A model generated the notes under the pieces. It was not told where the DNA came from. It worked only from the letters and a program-made list of their open reading frames with translations, and did not search any database. This document shows, in pieces, positions 19,377-28,868 of a stretch of DNA of 32,000 nt. The stretch's first letter is position 1, and every line of letters begins with the position of its first letter. Made by a program: the position numbers and the translations under genes. The stretch is from Mycoplasma mobile 163K (lineage in GTDB: Bacteria; Bacillota_I; Bacilli_A; Mycoplasmatales; Metamycoplasmataceae): contig NC_006908.1 of the NCBI RefSeq assembly GCF_000008365.1, positions 720,001-752,000 on the forward strand, given 5' to 3'.

Positions 19377-19973
19377 TTAAAATGCTCCAACTCATTCAAA
19401 ATCTCCATTATCTCTTAAATACAATCTTGCATGGAATGTAAATGAATTATCAACACTACTTGGGAATAAATCTTTATTTTCTCATGTTCATTTACCATTA
19501 TTAAAACTAGGCATAGTATCTTTAGTTACAATTTGAGAATAAATATTTGTTAAAGGAGTCTCACCACCTTCAGGAGCATAATATTTTGATAAAGGAATTA
19601 CGATAAATTTAGTTTGTGTTTTATTTATTGGTAATTGAACTACCATTGCATTTCTTGTATCAAAATTTGATCATTGTCAATCTCAAAGTTCATTTTTAGA
19701 ATCTATTGAATGAGGGTATCATTTATTTATTCCATCATCAGTATAAAAATAAGTAATTTCAGAACTTGATTGATTTATAAGATTTATAGCAGTACTAGGG
19801 TGATTTAAAAAAGTATAATAATCAACAGTAGTTACATTTGTATTTTTATTAACAGGACCATTACCATTTTTAAGTAAATTTCTTTTCTTAAAATTTTCAG
19901 CTAATTTTTGATTGAATGATTCTAAAATTTTTTGTTCATCTTCTTTTAATTTAAGATTTATTTCTTTTGCCAT
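19377..19973 (-). CDS. Trp-rich hypothetical protein, WDWQWSNF family, paralog A
   Basis: Track ORF 19719-19973 continues across 7 TGA codons to TAA at 19379-19377. ...DDGINKWYPHSIDSKNELWDWQWSNFDTRNAMVVQLP...PLTNIYSQIV...PSFNNGKWTWEN...FHARLYLRDNGDFEWVGAF. 198 aa. No signal peptide. Confidence 0.7.
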
Positions 19974-20425
19974 TATTTGTCTCCTAAAGATTTATGTTTA
20001 AATATATTTGCAATAATTATTTTATGAAATATACAAATAAATTATAAGGAATTGTTCTTATTTGTTGCTTATTTTTTAAAAATTTTGACTAATTAAAAAA
20101 TTAAATCTATTTAAGAGGATAACGTTTAAAACAACTCTATTTTTAATATTAAGTTTTAGCAAATACTAAATTATAAATAGAATGATCAATATTCTAAGAA
20201 TATTTCAATTTTAAATAAGAAATTTTTTTGATAATTTTTATAATTTAAATAGTTTTTATTTGAAACATTAAGAAAAATAAGTCAAATGTGAATCTATTTT
20301 TATAGAGAGAAATTTATGAATCATTTGTTTAATAATTTAGCTAAAATGAATACAATATTTTTCTTTCTTTTGGAATCATTATCTAATAATTTATAGATTT
20401 ATATTAAGAAAATTGAGCCGAAAGG

Positions 20426-21960
20426 ATGAAAGTGAAAAAATTCAGAAAAAATTTAATTGATTCTTCAACTGCAATTTCTGCTTTAGGAATTATTCTTGTT
20501 GCAGTTCTTGCCTGTGGAACAAATACAACAACAGTGCCCACAACAACACAATCTACAACCCAAAGAATTAGTTCTACTTCAATTATTAATGGAGTCTTGC
20601 AACCTAAATTTGGAGCTGCTAATGATAATGGGCCTTTAGGCGCTATTACTCCTCAAATAAGTTTTAAAGCTGTTTCTGGAGCAGTATCATATGCTTTAGT
20701 AATTATAGATAATGAAGCAACAAATGTAATTGGGGCTCCATTTGTACATTGAGCTCTAGCAAATATTAAAATTGCTCCTGATGCTAATGGAATGATTAAT
20801 ATTCCAGAAGATTTAGCCGCTCAAGCTAATAGTGCTATTAGAGAATCTTTAACAATCGGAAGAAATTCAGGTCATCGATATTTTAATGATTTTAGCGATT
20901 TTAACGATCCATTTGAAGGAAGGAATTTTTGAAATTCACAAATTCCAAATAATTTTAGACTATTGAATCCTAATAAGTGAAGTAGTTCAGATTTAAGTTT
21001 TGTTAGGACTCAAAGTGGATATTATAGCCCATTTACACCTAATGCAGGACATTATTATCAAATTTCTGTGCTTGCTTTAGATGCAGATGTGCCAGAAATA
21101 CAAGAAGGATTTGCTTTAGGTCATTTATATGAAAGAATAAAAACTTTAAATATTAAAGTTTTAAATAGAATGCATGGTGATTTTTTCTATAATCAGGTTG
21201 TTCCAAAATCAAAAATAAGAGGGACAGGAAGTGAGGAATTTTTCCTTTCATGAGACAATATTATTGATTGATCATTTATGCATCCTGAAAATTCTCCTGT
21301 AACTGCACCGAGATTATATTCAGAAAATATTCAAACAATTTCAAACATTAAAAGTACTTCAGTAGATGCTAATGGTAATTTATTTGGTAAATTTTTAAAC
21401 GATAGAAAAAATGGAGCAAGTGGATATGGTGATTGAATTGTAACAACAAATAGTACAATTCCTAATTTATCTTGAAACTCAATAAATGGAGCAAATTCAT
21501 ATTTAGTTACAATTTCTGAATACCGGAATGTATTTAATCAGGTTTATACTAATTTTGTAGCTGTTGTTCCATCAGCAAAAAATACTGTAAAAGGTGTTGT
21601 TTCTTTACCTTCTCAATTAGCAAATCTTGCTCCTAAAAATGGAATTATTTACGGATTGAATAATAGCACAACAGAAAAAACACTTGGACCAAAGAAAAAG
21701 ATTTTCTTTGAAGTCCTGAATCTCCAATTACAAATCATCAATATTTTATGCCACAAAAACGTATTAATGCAACAATTGTTGTGAATATTTATGCTTTGAA
21801 TAGTAATATCATAAATGCTGTTGGAGATGTTCCTGCAATTACAAATCACACTTCTTTTTTAAGTGAATTTACAACTAGAGCTGCAACTCGCGGAGAAATT
21901 ATTGGTGTTGGGGAATTTGTTTTCAAACTACCTAGTAGTGATGAATTCATTTTTACTTAA
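20426..21960 (+). pseudogene. Paralog of the PEBP-like double-domain lipoprotein with a broken reading frame near its 3' end
   Basis: Lipobox ...AVLAC|GTN. The frame of ORFs 20426 and 21068 runs to TAA at 21812-21814. The conserved C-terminal 70 aa (YFMPQKRINATIVVNIYAL...GEFVFKLP) are in a different frame (track ORF 21748-21960). Confidence 0.6.
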
Positions 21961-22024
21961 TAAAATTGTCTTCTTCAAGATTATCTTCAGTTCTTAAATA
22001 TAATCTTGAACAAGTATTAAAAAT
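21953..22024 (-). pseudogene. 3'-terminal remnant of a WDWQWSNF-family gene
   Basis: Minus-strand translation IFNTCSRLYLRTEDNLEEDNFIK* aligns with the C-terminus of paralog A (SFTFHARLYLRDNGDFEWVGAF*). DNA core TCTTAAATATAATCTTG matches TCTTAAATACAATCTTG at 19413-19429. Bounded upstream by an in-frame TAA. Confidence 0.4.
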
Positions 22025-22109
22025 TTATAACTTCAAAAGAAAATAAATTTTTGTCCTTATTTTTAGTTTCAAAAATAAAAGTTTTATAATTTAAATAAGG
22101 AGATTAAAT

Positions 22110-22610
22110 ATGGAGAAAACCGGAAAATTAAAAAATAATAATGACATCAATAATGTTGAATTGAACCCAATAAAAACAGCTGGTAAGCCTGGAAATGCTC
22201 TTGCATTAAAAAATAATACAAATCAATCTATAAATTATTGATATTCTGATAATGGTATAAATAAATGATATTTGCATACAATTCCAGCTAGTTCATCTAC
22301 TTGAGATTGGCAGTGATCAAATTTTTGAACAGGATATGCAATGGTAATTGAAATTCCTCTTAATGATAAAGAATCAAAATATATTGTCCCTGTTTTTGTA
22401 GAGTATAAAAATGAAGTGCAATTATTAAGTGAATTTCCTCTAACAAACATTTACTCTCAAATTGGTGCTAAAGGACAATGTCCTTCATTTAAAAATGAAA
22501 AATGATATTGAGAATATATGTACTTATACCCTGGAAAAATTGATAGTTTTGCTGTATTTCATACAAATCTTAACTTAGAAAAAGATGGAACTTTTTCTTG
22601 AAATAGTTAA
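22110..22610 (+). CDS. Trp-rich hypothetical protein, WDWQWSNF family, paralog B
   Basis: ATG at 22110 after AAGGAG. Hand translation across 9 TGA codons: ...SDNGINKWYLHTIPASSSTWDWQWSNFWTGYAMVIEIP...PLTNIYSQIGAKGQCPSFKNEKWYWEY...FHTNLNLEKDGTFSWNS*. 166 aa. Invisible in the standard-code track. Confidence 0.7.
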
Positions 22611-22629
22611 AATTACTAAATTTAAAGGT

Positions 22630-22665
22630 AAACAACAACTAGAGGTTACTCTGGTTGTTGTTTTA
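22630..22665 (+). terminator. Strong rho-independent terminator
   Basis: 15-bp stem AAACAACAACTAGAG / CTCTGGTTGTTGTTT (one G-T pair), loop GTTA, then a T run. Confidence 0.75.
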
Positions 22666-22842
22666 TAATTAAAATGCTCCTAATTATTTATAAGTATTGA
22701 ATTAAAAAATTTTGTGCACTAGACTATAAATTAAATAAAAAAACAAGGAATAATTTTTTAAGCTCAGTTTATCTTTTGTTTGGGATTAGAAAGAAAAATC
22801 GCAAAATAAAGAATATAATTTATATATAAATAAAAGAAGTAA

Positions 22843-25020
22843 ATGATGTTAAAAGATATGTTTAGACAAAATTTAATTTTCATAAATGAAGAATTAAATG
22901 ATAAAAAAGAAGTAATAAAATTTATCTCTAATAAATTAGCTGAAAATGATTATGCTTCTAATAGCGAAATTTTATATAATGAATTTAATCAAAGAGAAGA
23001 AGAAATTTCAACAGGAATAGGTAACAAAATTGCTATTCCACATATAAGAAATGAATTAATGAAAGAAAATGTCATTGTTTTTATTAAGAATAAGGGAATT
23101 GATTGAAATTCCTTAGATAATTTAGAAGTTGAATATATTTTTGCAATTGCTATTACTAAAAAAGATGAAGAAAATAATTTACATCTTCTTACTTTACAAA
23201 AATTAGCAAATTTATTTTCTAATTTAGATTTTAAAAATAATTTAGCTAAAATAAATTCTTCAGAAGAATTTTTAGACTTAGTAAGTCTTTATGAAGATAA
23301 ATTGAATAAAGAAGCTATTGAAATAAAAGAAAAAAATTATAAGAAAAAAGAAGATGAATATATTCTTGCTATTACTTCTTGTCCTACAGGAATAGCTCAT
23401 ACTTATCTTGCTGCACAGAAACTAAAAAAAGCTGGTAAAAAATTAGGAATTAATTTAAAAGTTGAAACTCAAGGAGCAAATGGCATTGAAAATAAAATTA
23501 GTTCTGAGGAAATTCAAAAAGCCAAAGGACTAATTTTAGCAATTGATCGTAATATTGAAACAATTCGGTTTAAAAATTTAGATAACATAATTGAGACTTC
23601 TACATCTAAAGCAATTAAAAATAGTGAAGAATTAATAAAAGAAATTCTTGCTAAAAAAGGAACCAAATTACAAAACATCACTGGAAAAATCAATGAAAAT
23701 AATAATACTGATGATAATGAAGAATTTACTTTGAAAAATTTTGGTAAAAAATCTTATAAAGCTTTATTAACAGGTATTTCATACATGTTGCCATTTGTAG
23801 TATTTGGTGGAATTATGATTGCGATTGGATTCTTAATTGATTCTTTTGCAGGAGCTCCTGCAGGTAATGACTTTGGTAAAACTCATGTTGTTGCTCACTG
23901 ATTCAATTCTTTAGGTGGTATTAGTTTTAGTGTTTTTATTGCCATTCTTGCTGCTTATATTAGTTTTGCTATTGTTGGAAGAGTTGGTTTACTTCCTGGT
24001 TTTGTAGTTGGTTTTATTTCTACAGGAGCCTTTAATCCTGTTTATGTAAGAATTTTTAATATACCTTTATTTGCTTCTAGTTCTTCAGGATTTTTTGGGG
24101 CAATTGTTGGTTCTTTTTTTAGTGCTTTTATGATTATTATTTTTATGAAATACGTGCTGCATAAATTTCCTAAATCACTAAATGGAATTAAACAAATCAT
24201 TATTGTACCATTTTTTGGAACTTTAATTATTGCTTCACTATTTGTGATTATTAATATTCCTTTATTGTATTTGAACTTTGGTTTTTCACAATTTTTAAAT
24301 CTTTTTACAGGAAGAATTGAATTAGCATGATTATTAGGTTTAATTGCAGGAATCATGATGGGAGTTGATTTAGGAGGACCAATTAATAAAGCTGCTTATG
24401 TTTTTGCAGTTTCAACTTTATCTATTGCTACTCAAGGACAATCACAAGTTATGGCAGCAGTTATGGCAGCTGGAATGGTTCCTCCAATTATGCTTGCTCT
24501 TTCAACTTTAATTAATCATAAAATTTGATCAAAAGAAGAAAGAATTGAATCCCAAGCAAATTGAATCTTTGGTTTTAGCTTTATCTCTGAAGGAGCAATT
24601 CCCTTAACTGCAAAATATCCCAAAAGATTAGTCCTTGCAAATTTAATTAGTGCAGGTTTAACAGGAATGATTTCTTCACTTTTAGGTGTAACAATAGCAG
24701 CTCCTCATGGAGGAATTTTTGTGGCACCACTTTTAAGAACAACTTTAATATCTAATTTAAATTTGGGTTTAATTATTTTCATTGCTTTTATTTTTTGAAT
24801 GTTAGCAATTTTTATTGGAGCTTTAGCAGGGGTTTTAGTAATTTGACTAATGCATAAATATAACAAAAATCAACCAACTAAAGAAAGAAAATATTGCTTA
24901 ATAAAATATGCAAAATCAAAATTGAGATCTTCAAAAAAACAAGAAAAATTTAATGTTCAAAAAATTAGATGGCAAGATGTAAAAATTCACAAACTAAATG
25001 AAGTTTTTAAAAAAATTTAA
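22843..25020 (+). CDS. fruA: PTS fructose-specific EIIA-EIIB-EIIC component
   Basis: Track ORFs 22843-23106, 23302-23901 and 24130-24330 share one frame across TGA. EIIA (…GIGNKIAIPHIRN…), EIIB (…ITSCPTGIAHTYLAAQKL…), polytopic EIIC (…GVDLGGPINKAAY…FISEGAIP…). 725 aa. TAA at 25018-25020. Confidence 0.9.
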
Positions 25021-25812
25021 TAGAATTTAAAAATTGTTAATATTTCATCTTGGTAGAAATAAAAGTATTAAGATATTATTTTAATTTTTATCTATCATCT
25101 TTTTCTATTTTTTTATCAAAGAACATAATTTTGTAAAAATTAGTTTCTCAGGGACAATATAAGCATTTTTTTAACCTAAGAAGTAAATTTTGTATTGCTT
25201 TTTCTGATAGATAATCTTTTCTGTGATGATTGAAATATTCTGTGTTTTCTTTTTGTTTCAAATTCATATCATATGCTTTTTTATTTGCAATTGAATCCAT
25301 TTTTAACTAAAAATTATATAAAATTGTTTGGGGAGATGTTTTAACATAAAGTCGTTTTTACCTTTTAAAAATAAGCTTCTTGTCATTTTTAGAATTATTA
25401 TTTCCATTTTTAATTTTAAATCTTTTGAATGTTCATTTTTTTAAAATGAAAATATATAAAAATCTTTAAAAATTTCTAGTATAGATTTTTTTAGTTTGTT
25501 TATTGATTTATTTAAATTTTCATTAGATGACTTGTTCAAAGATTAATATTTTCAACAAAAAAACAAATTTGTTTATTTAGGAGTTTTTAATTGTTTCTTT
25601 TAAGAGTTTTCTCAAAAAATAGTCTCTTTGATTGTTTTTTGAGTTCTTCATGTATTTTATTTATTTTTTGATTTTAAAAAAATCTTACTAAATTACAAAA
25701 GATATTTGTATTTTTAGTTATTAGTTTTAGAGGAATGAAATAAAAAATAAACAAGGAGACAAAGAAAATATTATTTTTCTACAATTGAATAATATTATAA
25801 AATATAATAAAA

Positions 25813-25998
25813 ATGATTAAAAAAACTCAAGAGGAATTAAAAAATTTAATGAATATTTCAAAAATTGAAGTTTACGAAATTTTACACAGTGGAAAGCAAT
25901 GAGAATATAAAGTTAGTGGGGGAAATTATGGCTGAATCAAATACAACTTTAAAGAGCTTAGAAAAACTTATTTTGAGCATGAAAACTGATATAAGTAG
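25813..25998 (+). CDS. Small putative excisionase/MerR-type helix-turn-helix protein (61 aa)
   Basis: Code-4 translation MIKKTQEELKNLMNISKIEVYEILHSGKQWEYKVSGGNYGWIKYNFKELRK... resembles HTH_17/excisionase proteins (L..IS...VY.l..sG.....k.gg.w.i). Contains 3 TGA codons, so it is absent from the track. Confidence 0.4.
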
Positions 25999-26134
25999 CA
26001 TTAAAGAAGATGTTAGTATTTTAAAATCAGATGTTAAATCTATTGATACTAGATTAAGTAATGTAGAAAAAGATGTTGCTTTAATAAAATCACTTCCTAC
26101 AATTCAAAAAGAACTTAAAGTTAAAAATATTTAA
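25928..26134 (+). CDS. Small coiled-coil protein (68 aa)
   Basis: ATG at 25928 after GGGGGA. MAESNTTLKSLEKLILSMKTDISSIKEDVSILKSDVKSIDTRLSNVEKDVALIKSL... has heptad-like periodicity. The upstream extension of the track ORF (25865) is probably not translated. Confidence 0.5.
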   Translation: MAESNTTLKSLEKLILSMKTDISSIKEDVSILKSDVKSIDTRLSNVEKDVALIKSLPTIQKELKVKNI

Positions 26135-26211
26135 TTTAAATACCTGTTGATATTTTGAGTATAAATAAATTGTAAATGTAAAAAAATTAAAATTAAATAT
26201 TTATTATATTT

Positions 26212-26269
26212 CTTAAAAAATTTAAATAACAAATTAAAATCTTAAAAAATTTAAATAACAAATTAAAAT
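26212..26269. repeat. Perfect tandem duplication, 2 x 29 nt
   Basis: CTTAAAAAATTTAAATAACAAATTAAAAT occurs at 26212-26240 and again at 26241-26269. Confidence 0.9.
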
Positions 26270-26293
26270 CATATAAATTTTAATATTCAATAT

Positions 26294-26327
26294 AAAACCC
26301 ACAACAAGAGTTTTTGTTGTGGGTTTT
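26294..26327. terminator. Strong bidirectional terminator
   Basis: 14-bp stem AAAACCCACAACAA / TTGTTGTGGGTTTT, loop GAGTTT, with A/T runs on both sides. Confidence 0.75.
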
Positions 26328-26364
26328 ATTTAAATTTTTATGACAATTAATGATATCTATTTAT

Positions 26365-27093
26365 CTAGTTTCTACCAGGAAATCCTGTAACTACAATAGT
26401 TTTTTCGAGTATTCTTCCGTTTTTAGAACCTATTAAGACAACACTTAATCTTCCTTCACCAAAATGCACACTACTCTGTACATATCTTAATGAGAATTGA
26501 ACTCCATTTTGAGGATTAGGAGTATTAACAATTTTATCAATACTTCATACATCATTTGATCAAGCTGGAGTTTTTCCAAAATCAGTTATACTTAGACTTG
26601 AAATTGTGTTTAATTCATTTTGAATATCTCTATCTACTGCAATATTAATTTGCTCTTGAATTTCTTCTGGACTAAGAACTCTAAACCCATTTACAATAAT
26701 TGTTTTTTCTTGAGTTAAATCACCAATAGAACCTACAAGAGTTACAACAACAAATCCACTTGTGTCACTACCACTAGCTGTTTCACTAATTTTTATAGAA
26801 AAACTTACACCATTAGAAGAAACTGGCACTTTAATAAAATCTGTAATATTTTGATTATTTACTTGTGAAGGTAAAGTATTTTTTGCAACTTCAAAAATTT
26901 CTAAAGTATTAATTTTTTCAAGTTCATTTCCTAAAATATTTTTTTGTTGCTCAATTGTGATAATAGGATTAATTGGACCAACTGGACCTACTTCTTTAGG
27001 GGTTTTTGTTGCTACAATGCTTACTGGAACTATAATAACTGTGCTTCCTAAAACTGCTGCTGCTGTTCCTAAAAATAAATTTGCTTTTTTCAT
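26365..27093 (-). CDS. Modular surface protein, one-module member (S module plus C-terminal module)
   Basis: ATG at 27093 after AGAAAGTG (the track start at 27105 is a GTG inside the RBS region). N-terminal hydrophobic anchor MKKANLFLGTAAAVLGSTVIIVPVSIVA with no Cys. Pro-rich linker. Module ...NGVSFSIKISETASGSDTSGFVVVTLVGSIGDL...IIVNGFR. Read-through of TGA at 26562 to TAG at 26367-26365 adds ...NGVQFSLRYVQSSVHFGEGRLSVVLIGSKNGRILEKTIVVTGFPGRN. 242 aa. Confidence 0.8.
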
Positions 27094-27129
27094 AATAATG
27101 TACACTTTCTATATAAATAATTATATAAT

Positions 27130-27135
27130 TACTAA
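27130..27135 (-). promoter_or_regulatory. -10 box (TATAAT on minus strand) of the one-module surface gene
   Basis: Minus strand reads ...AAAAATTTTTAGTAATTATATAATTATTTATATAGAAAGTG...ATG. Confidence 0.4.
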
Positions 27136-27334
27136 AAATTTTTGCTTTTAAAATAATGTTTTTAACTATCCTTTAAAAGGATTTTAAAATTTAAGCTTAT
27201 TTATATTGTCTAAATTTTAAAATTTTTATTTGTAATTAAAATAACAATAAAATTATAATTCTTTTATATTTAAATAGTTAAAATATTTATTTTTTTCTTA
27301 TAAATTCACCTTTTAAGATTTGATACACTAAATA

Positions 27335-27368
27335 AAAAATTACAGCAAGAATTTTTGCTGTAATTTTT
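27335..27368 (-). terminator. Terminator of the two-module surface gene
   Basis: AAAAATTACAGCAA / TTGCTGTAATTTTT 14-bp stem, loop GAATTT, 20 nt beyond the stop. Confidence 0.7.
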
Positions 27369-27388
27369 TAAATTAAGATTTTGTGTTT

Positions 27389-28456
27389 TTAAACAGGGAA
27401 TCCTGTAACTACAATAGTTTTACTAATTGTTCTTCCATTTTTAGAACCTGATAAAATAATACTAAATCTTCCTAAACCAAGATGAACACTACCATCTACA
27501 TATTTTATTGAGAATTGAACTCCATTTTTACTTTGCGGAATATTAACAAGGCTTGTAGCGTTTCCTGATAAAACAGCAGTTTGTCAAGCAAGATTATTTG
27601 CAAGAGATGTTTTTTCTAAACTTGAAATTGAGTTTAATTCATTTTGAATATCTCTATCTGCTGCAATATTAATTTGTTCTTGAACTTCTTCTGGGCTAAT
27701 AATTCTAAAACCATTTACAATAATTGTTTTTTCACTAGTTAAATCGCCAATAGAACCTGCAAGAGTTACAACAACAAATCCACTTGTGTCACTACCACTA
27801 GCTGTTTCACTAATTTTTATAGAAAAACTTACACCATTAGAAGAAACTGGCACTTTGATAAAATCTGTAATATTTTGATTATTTACTTGTGAAGGTAAAG
27901 TATTTTTTGCAACTTCAAAAGTTTCCAAAGTATTAATTTTTTCAAGTTCACTTCTTAAAATATTTTTTTGTTGTTCTTTAAGTTGAGCTCTTTCTTGCTC
28001 TGTTTGGAATCCATCAATAGTAATTTCTTTTTGAACAATAACATTTCCAATAGAACTAGTTACAATAATTACTAATTCTCCGGTAACATCATTTGCTCCA
28101 TTTGGTTTTAAAGACACTTCAAAATTTACACCATTCACATTATCAATTTGAATAAAATCTTTAAGATTAGTTTCATTTACTTCAGATGGTAAAGTATTAG
28201 GAATCTTATCTACATTAAGCATGATATTATTAGGTAAATTAGTTGTGCCAACAACTATAATACTTGGAATATTTCCTAATTCTTTTTCTATTTGTTCTTT
28301 AATTTGTTGCTCAATTGGACTAATAGGATTAACTGGATCAACAGGACCTACTTCTTTAGGAGTTGTTTTTGTTGCTGCAATACTAGCTGGAACTATAACA
28401 ACTGTACTAACTAAAGTTGCTGCAGCCCCTGCTAAAAATAAATTTACTTTTTTCAT
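27389..28456 (-). CDS. Modular surface protein, two-module member (E + S + C-terminal module)
   Basis: ATG at 28456 after AGAAGGTG. Anchor MKKVNLFLAGAAATLVSTVVIVPASIAA. E module ...NGVNFEVSLKPNGANDVTGELVIIVTSSIGNVIVQKEITIDGFQTEQERAQL, then the S module. TGA at 27586 is read through to TAA at 27391-27389 (…NGVQFSIKYVDGSVHLGLG…TGFPV). 355 aa. Confidence 0.8.
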
Positions 28457-28478
28457 ATTTAACACCTTCTCTACTATT

Positions 28479-28487
28479 ATTATATCA
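28479..28487 (-). promoter_or_regulatory. Extended -10 (TGATATAAT on minus strand) of the two-module surface gene
   Basis: Plus-strand ATTATATCA at 28479-28487, 23 nt upstream of the ATG at 28456. Confidence 0.45.
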
Positions 28488-28815
28488 TTATTAATAAGAA
28501 CTTTTTTTAATACAAGATTTTTAACAATGTTTTAAAATAGTTTTTAAATTTAGAATCTTTATACTAATAATCAAAATATATTTTTTGAATTAAATTATAA
28601 GAATATTTGCTTTTTGTTAAATTTATTATTTTCTTAAAATAAAATCTAAAAATTTTTATGTAATTAGAGCTACTCACAAAATTTCAATTAGTAATAATCA
28701 AGATATTTCTACTATTAGATTTACATAAAATCTTATTTAATAAGAAAAAATATATTAACTTTTTGAGTAAAAATTAAAAGTATTTTCAAGATCAAAAAAA
28801 TTTGATATGTTCATT

Positions 28816-28849
28816 AAAAAATACAACAATAATTTTTGCTGTATTTTTT
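28816..28849 (-). terminator. Terminator of the three-module surface gene (one mismatch in the stem)
   Basis: AAAAAATACAACA / TGCTGTATTTTTT. Homologous in sequence and position to the 27335-27368 hairpin. Confidence 0.5.
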
Positions 28850-28868
28850 AAATTAAGATTTTATGTTT

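Noticed and set aside
21674-21700. Poly-A tracts (GAAAAAAC, AGAAAAAG) as the phase-variable site of the lipoprotein frameshift
   Set aside because: Similarity to paralog 1 continues in the original frame past these tracts, through ...IFFEVLNLQ. The frame change maps later (about 21725-21747), where there is no homopolymer.
22666-22685. A second WDWQWSNF-family remnant after the 22630-22665 terminator
   Set aside because: The evidence is only an 11-nt match (TAAAATGCTCC) to the 3' end of paralog A. That is too short in AT-rich DNA to distinguish from chance.
24042-24356. Minus-strand ORF 24042-24356 inside fruA
   Set aside because: It is antisense to the EIIC domain. The plus-strand ORF 24130-24330 is simply part of the fruA frame.
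25865-25927. The upstream part of track ORF 25865-26134 (MKFTKFYTVESNENIKLVGEI...)
   Set aside because: The track start is a non-ATG codon with no RBS. A GGGGGA RBS precedes the internal ATG at 25928, and the upstream segment overlaps the HTH ORF in another frame.
26212-26269. CRISPR array
   Set aside because: There are only two directly adjacent identical 29-nt units with no spacers, and no cas genes are in the window.
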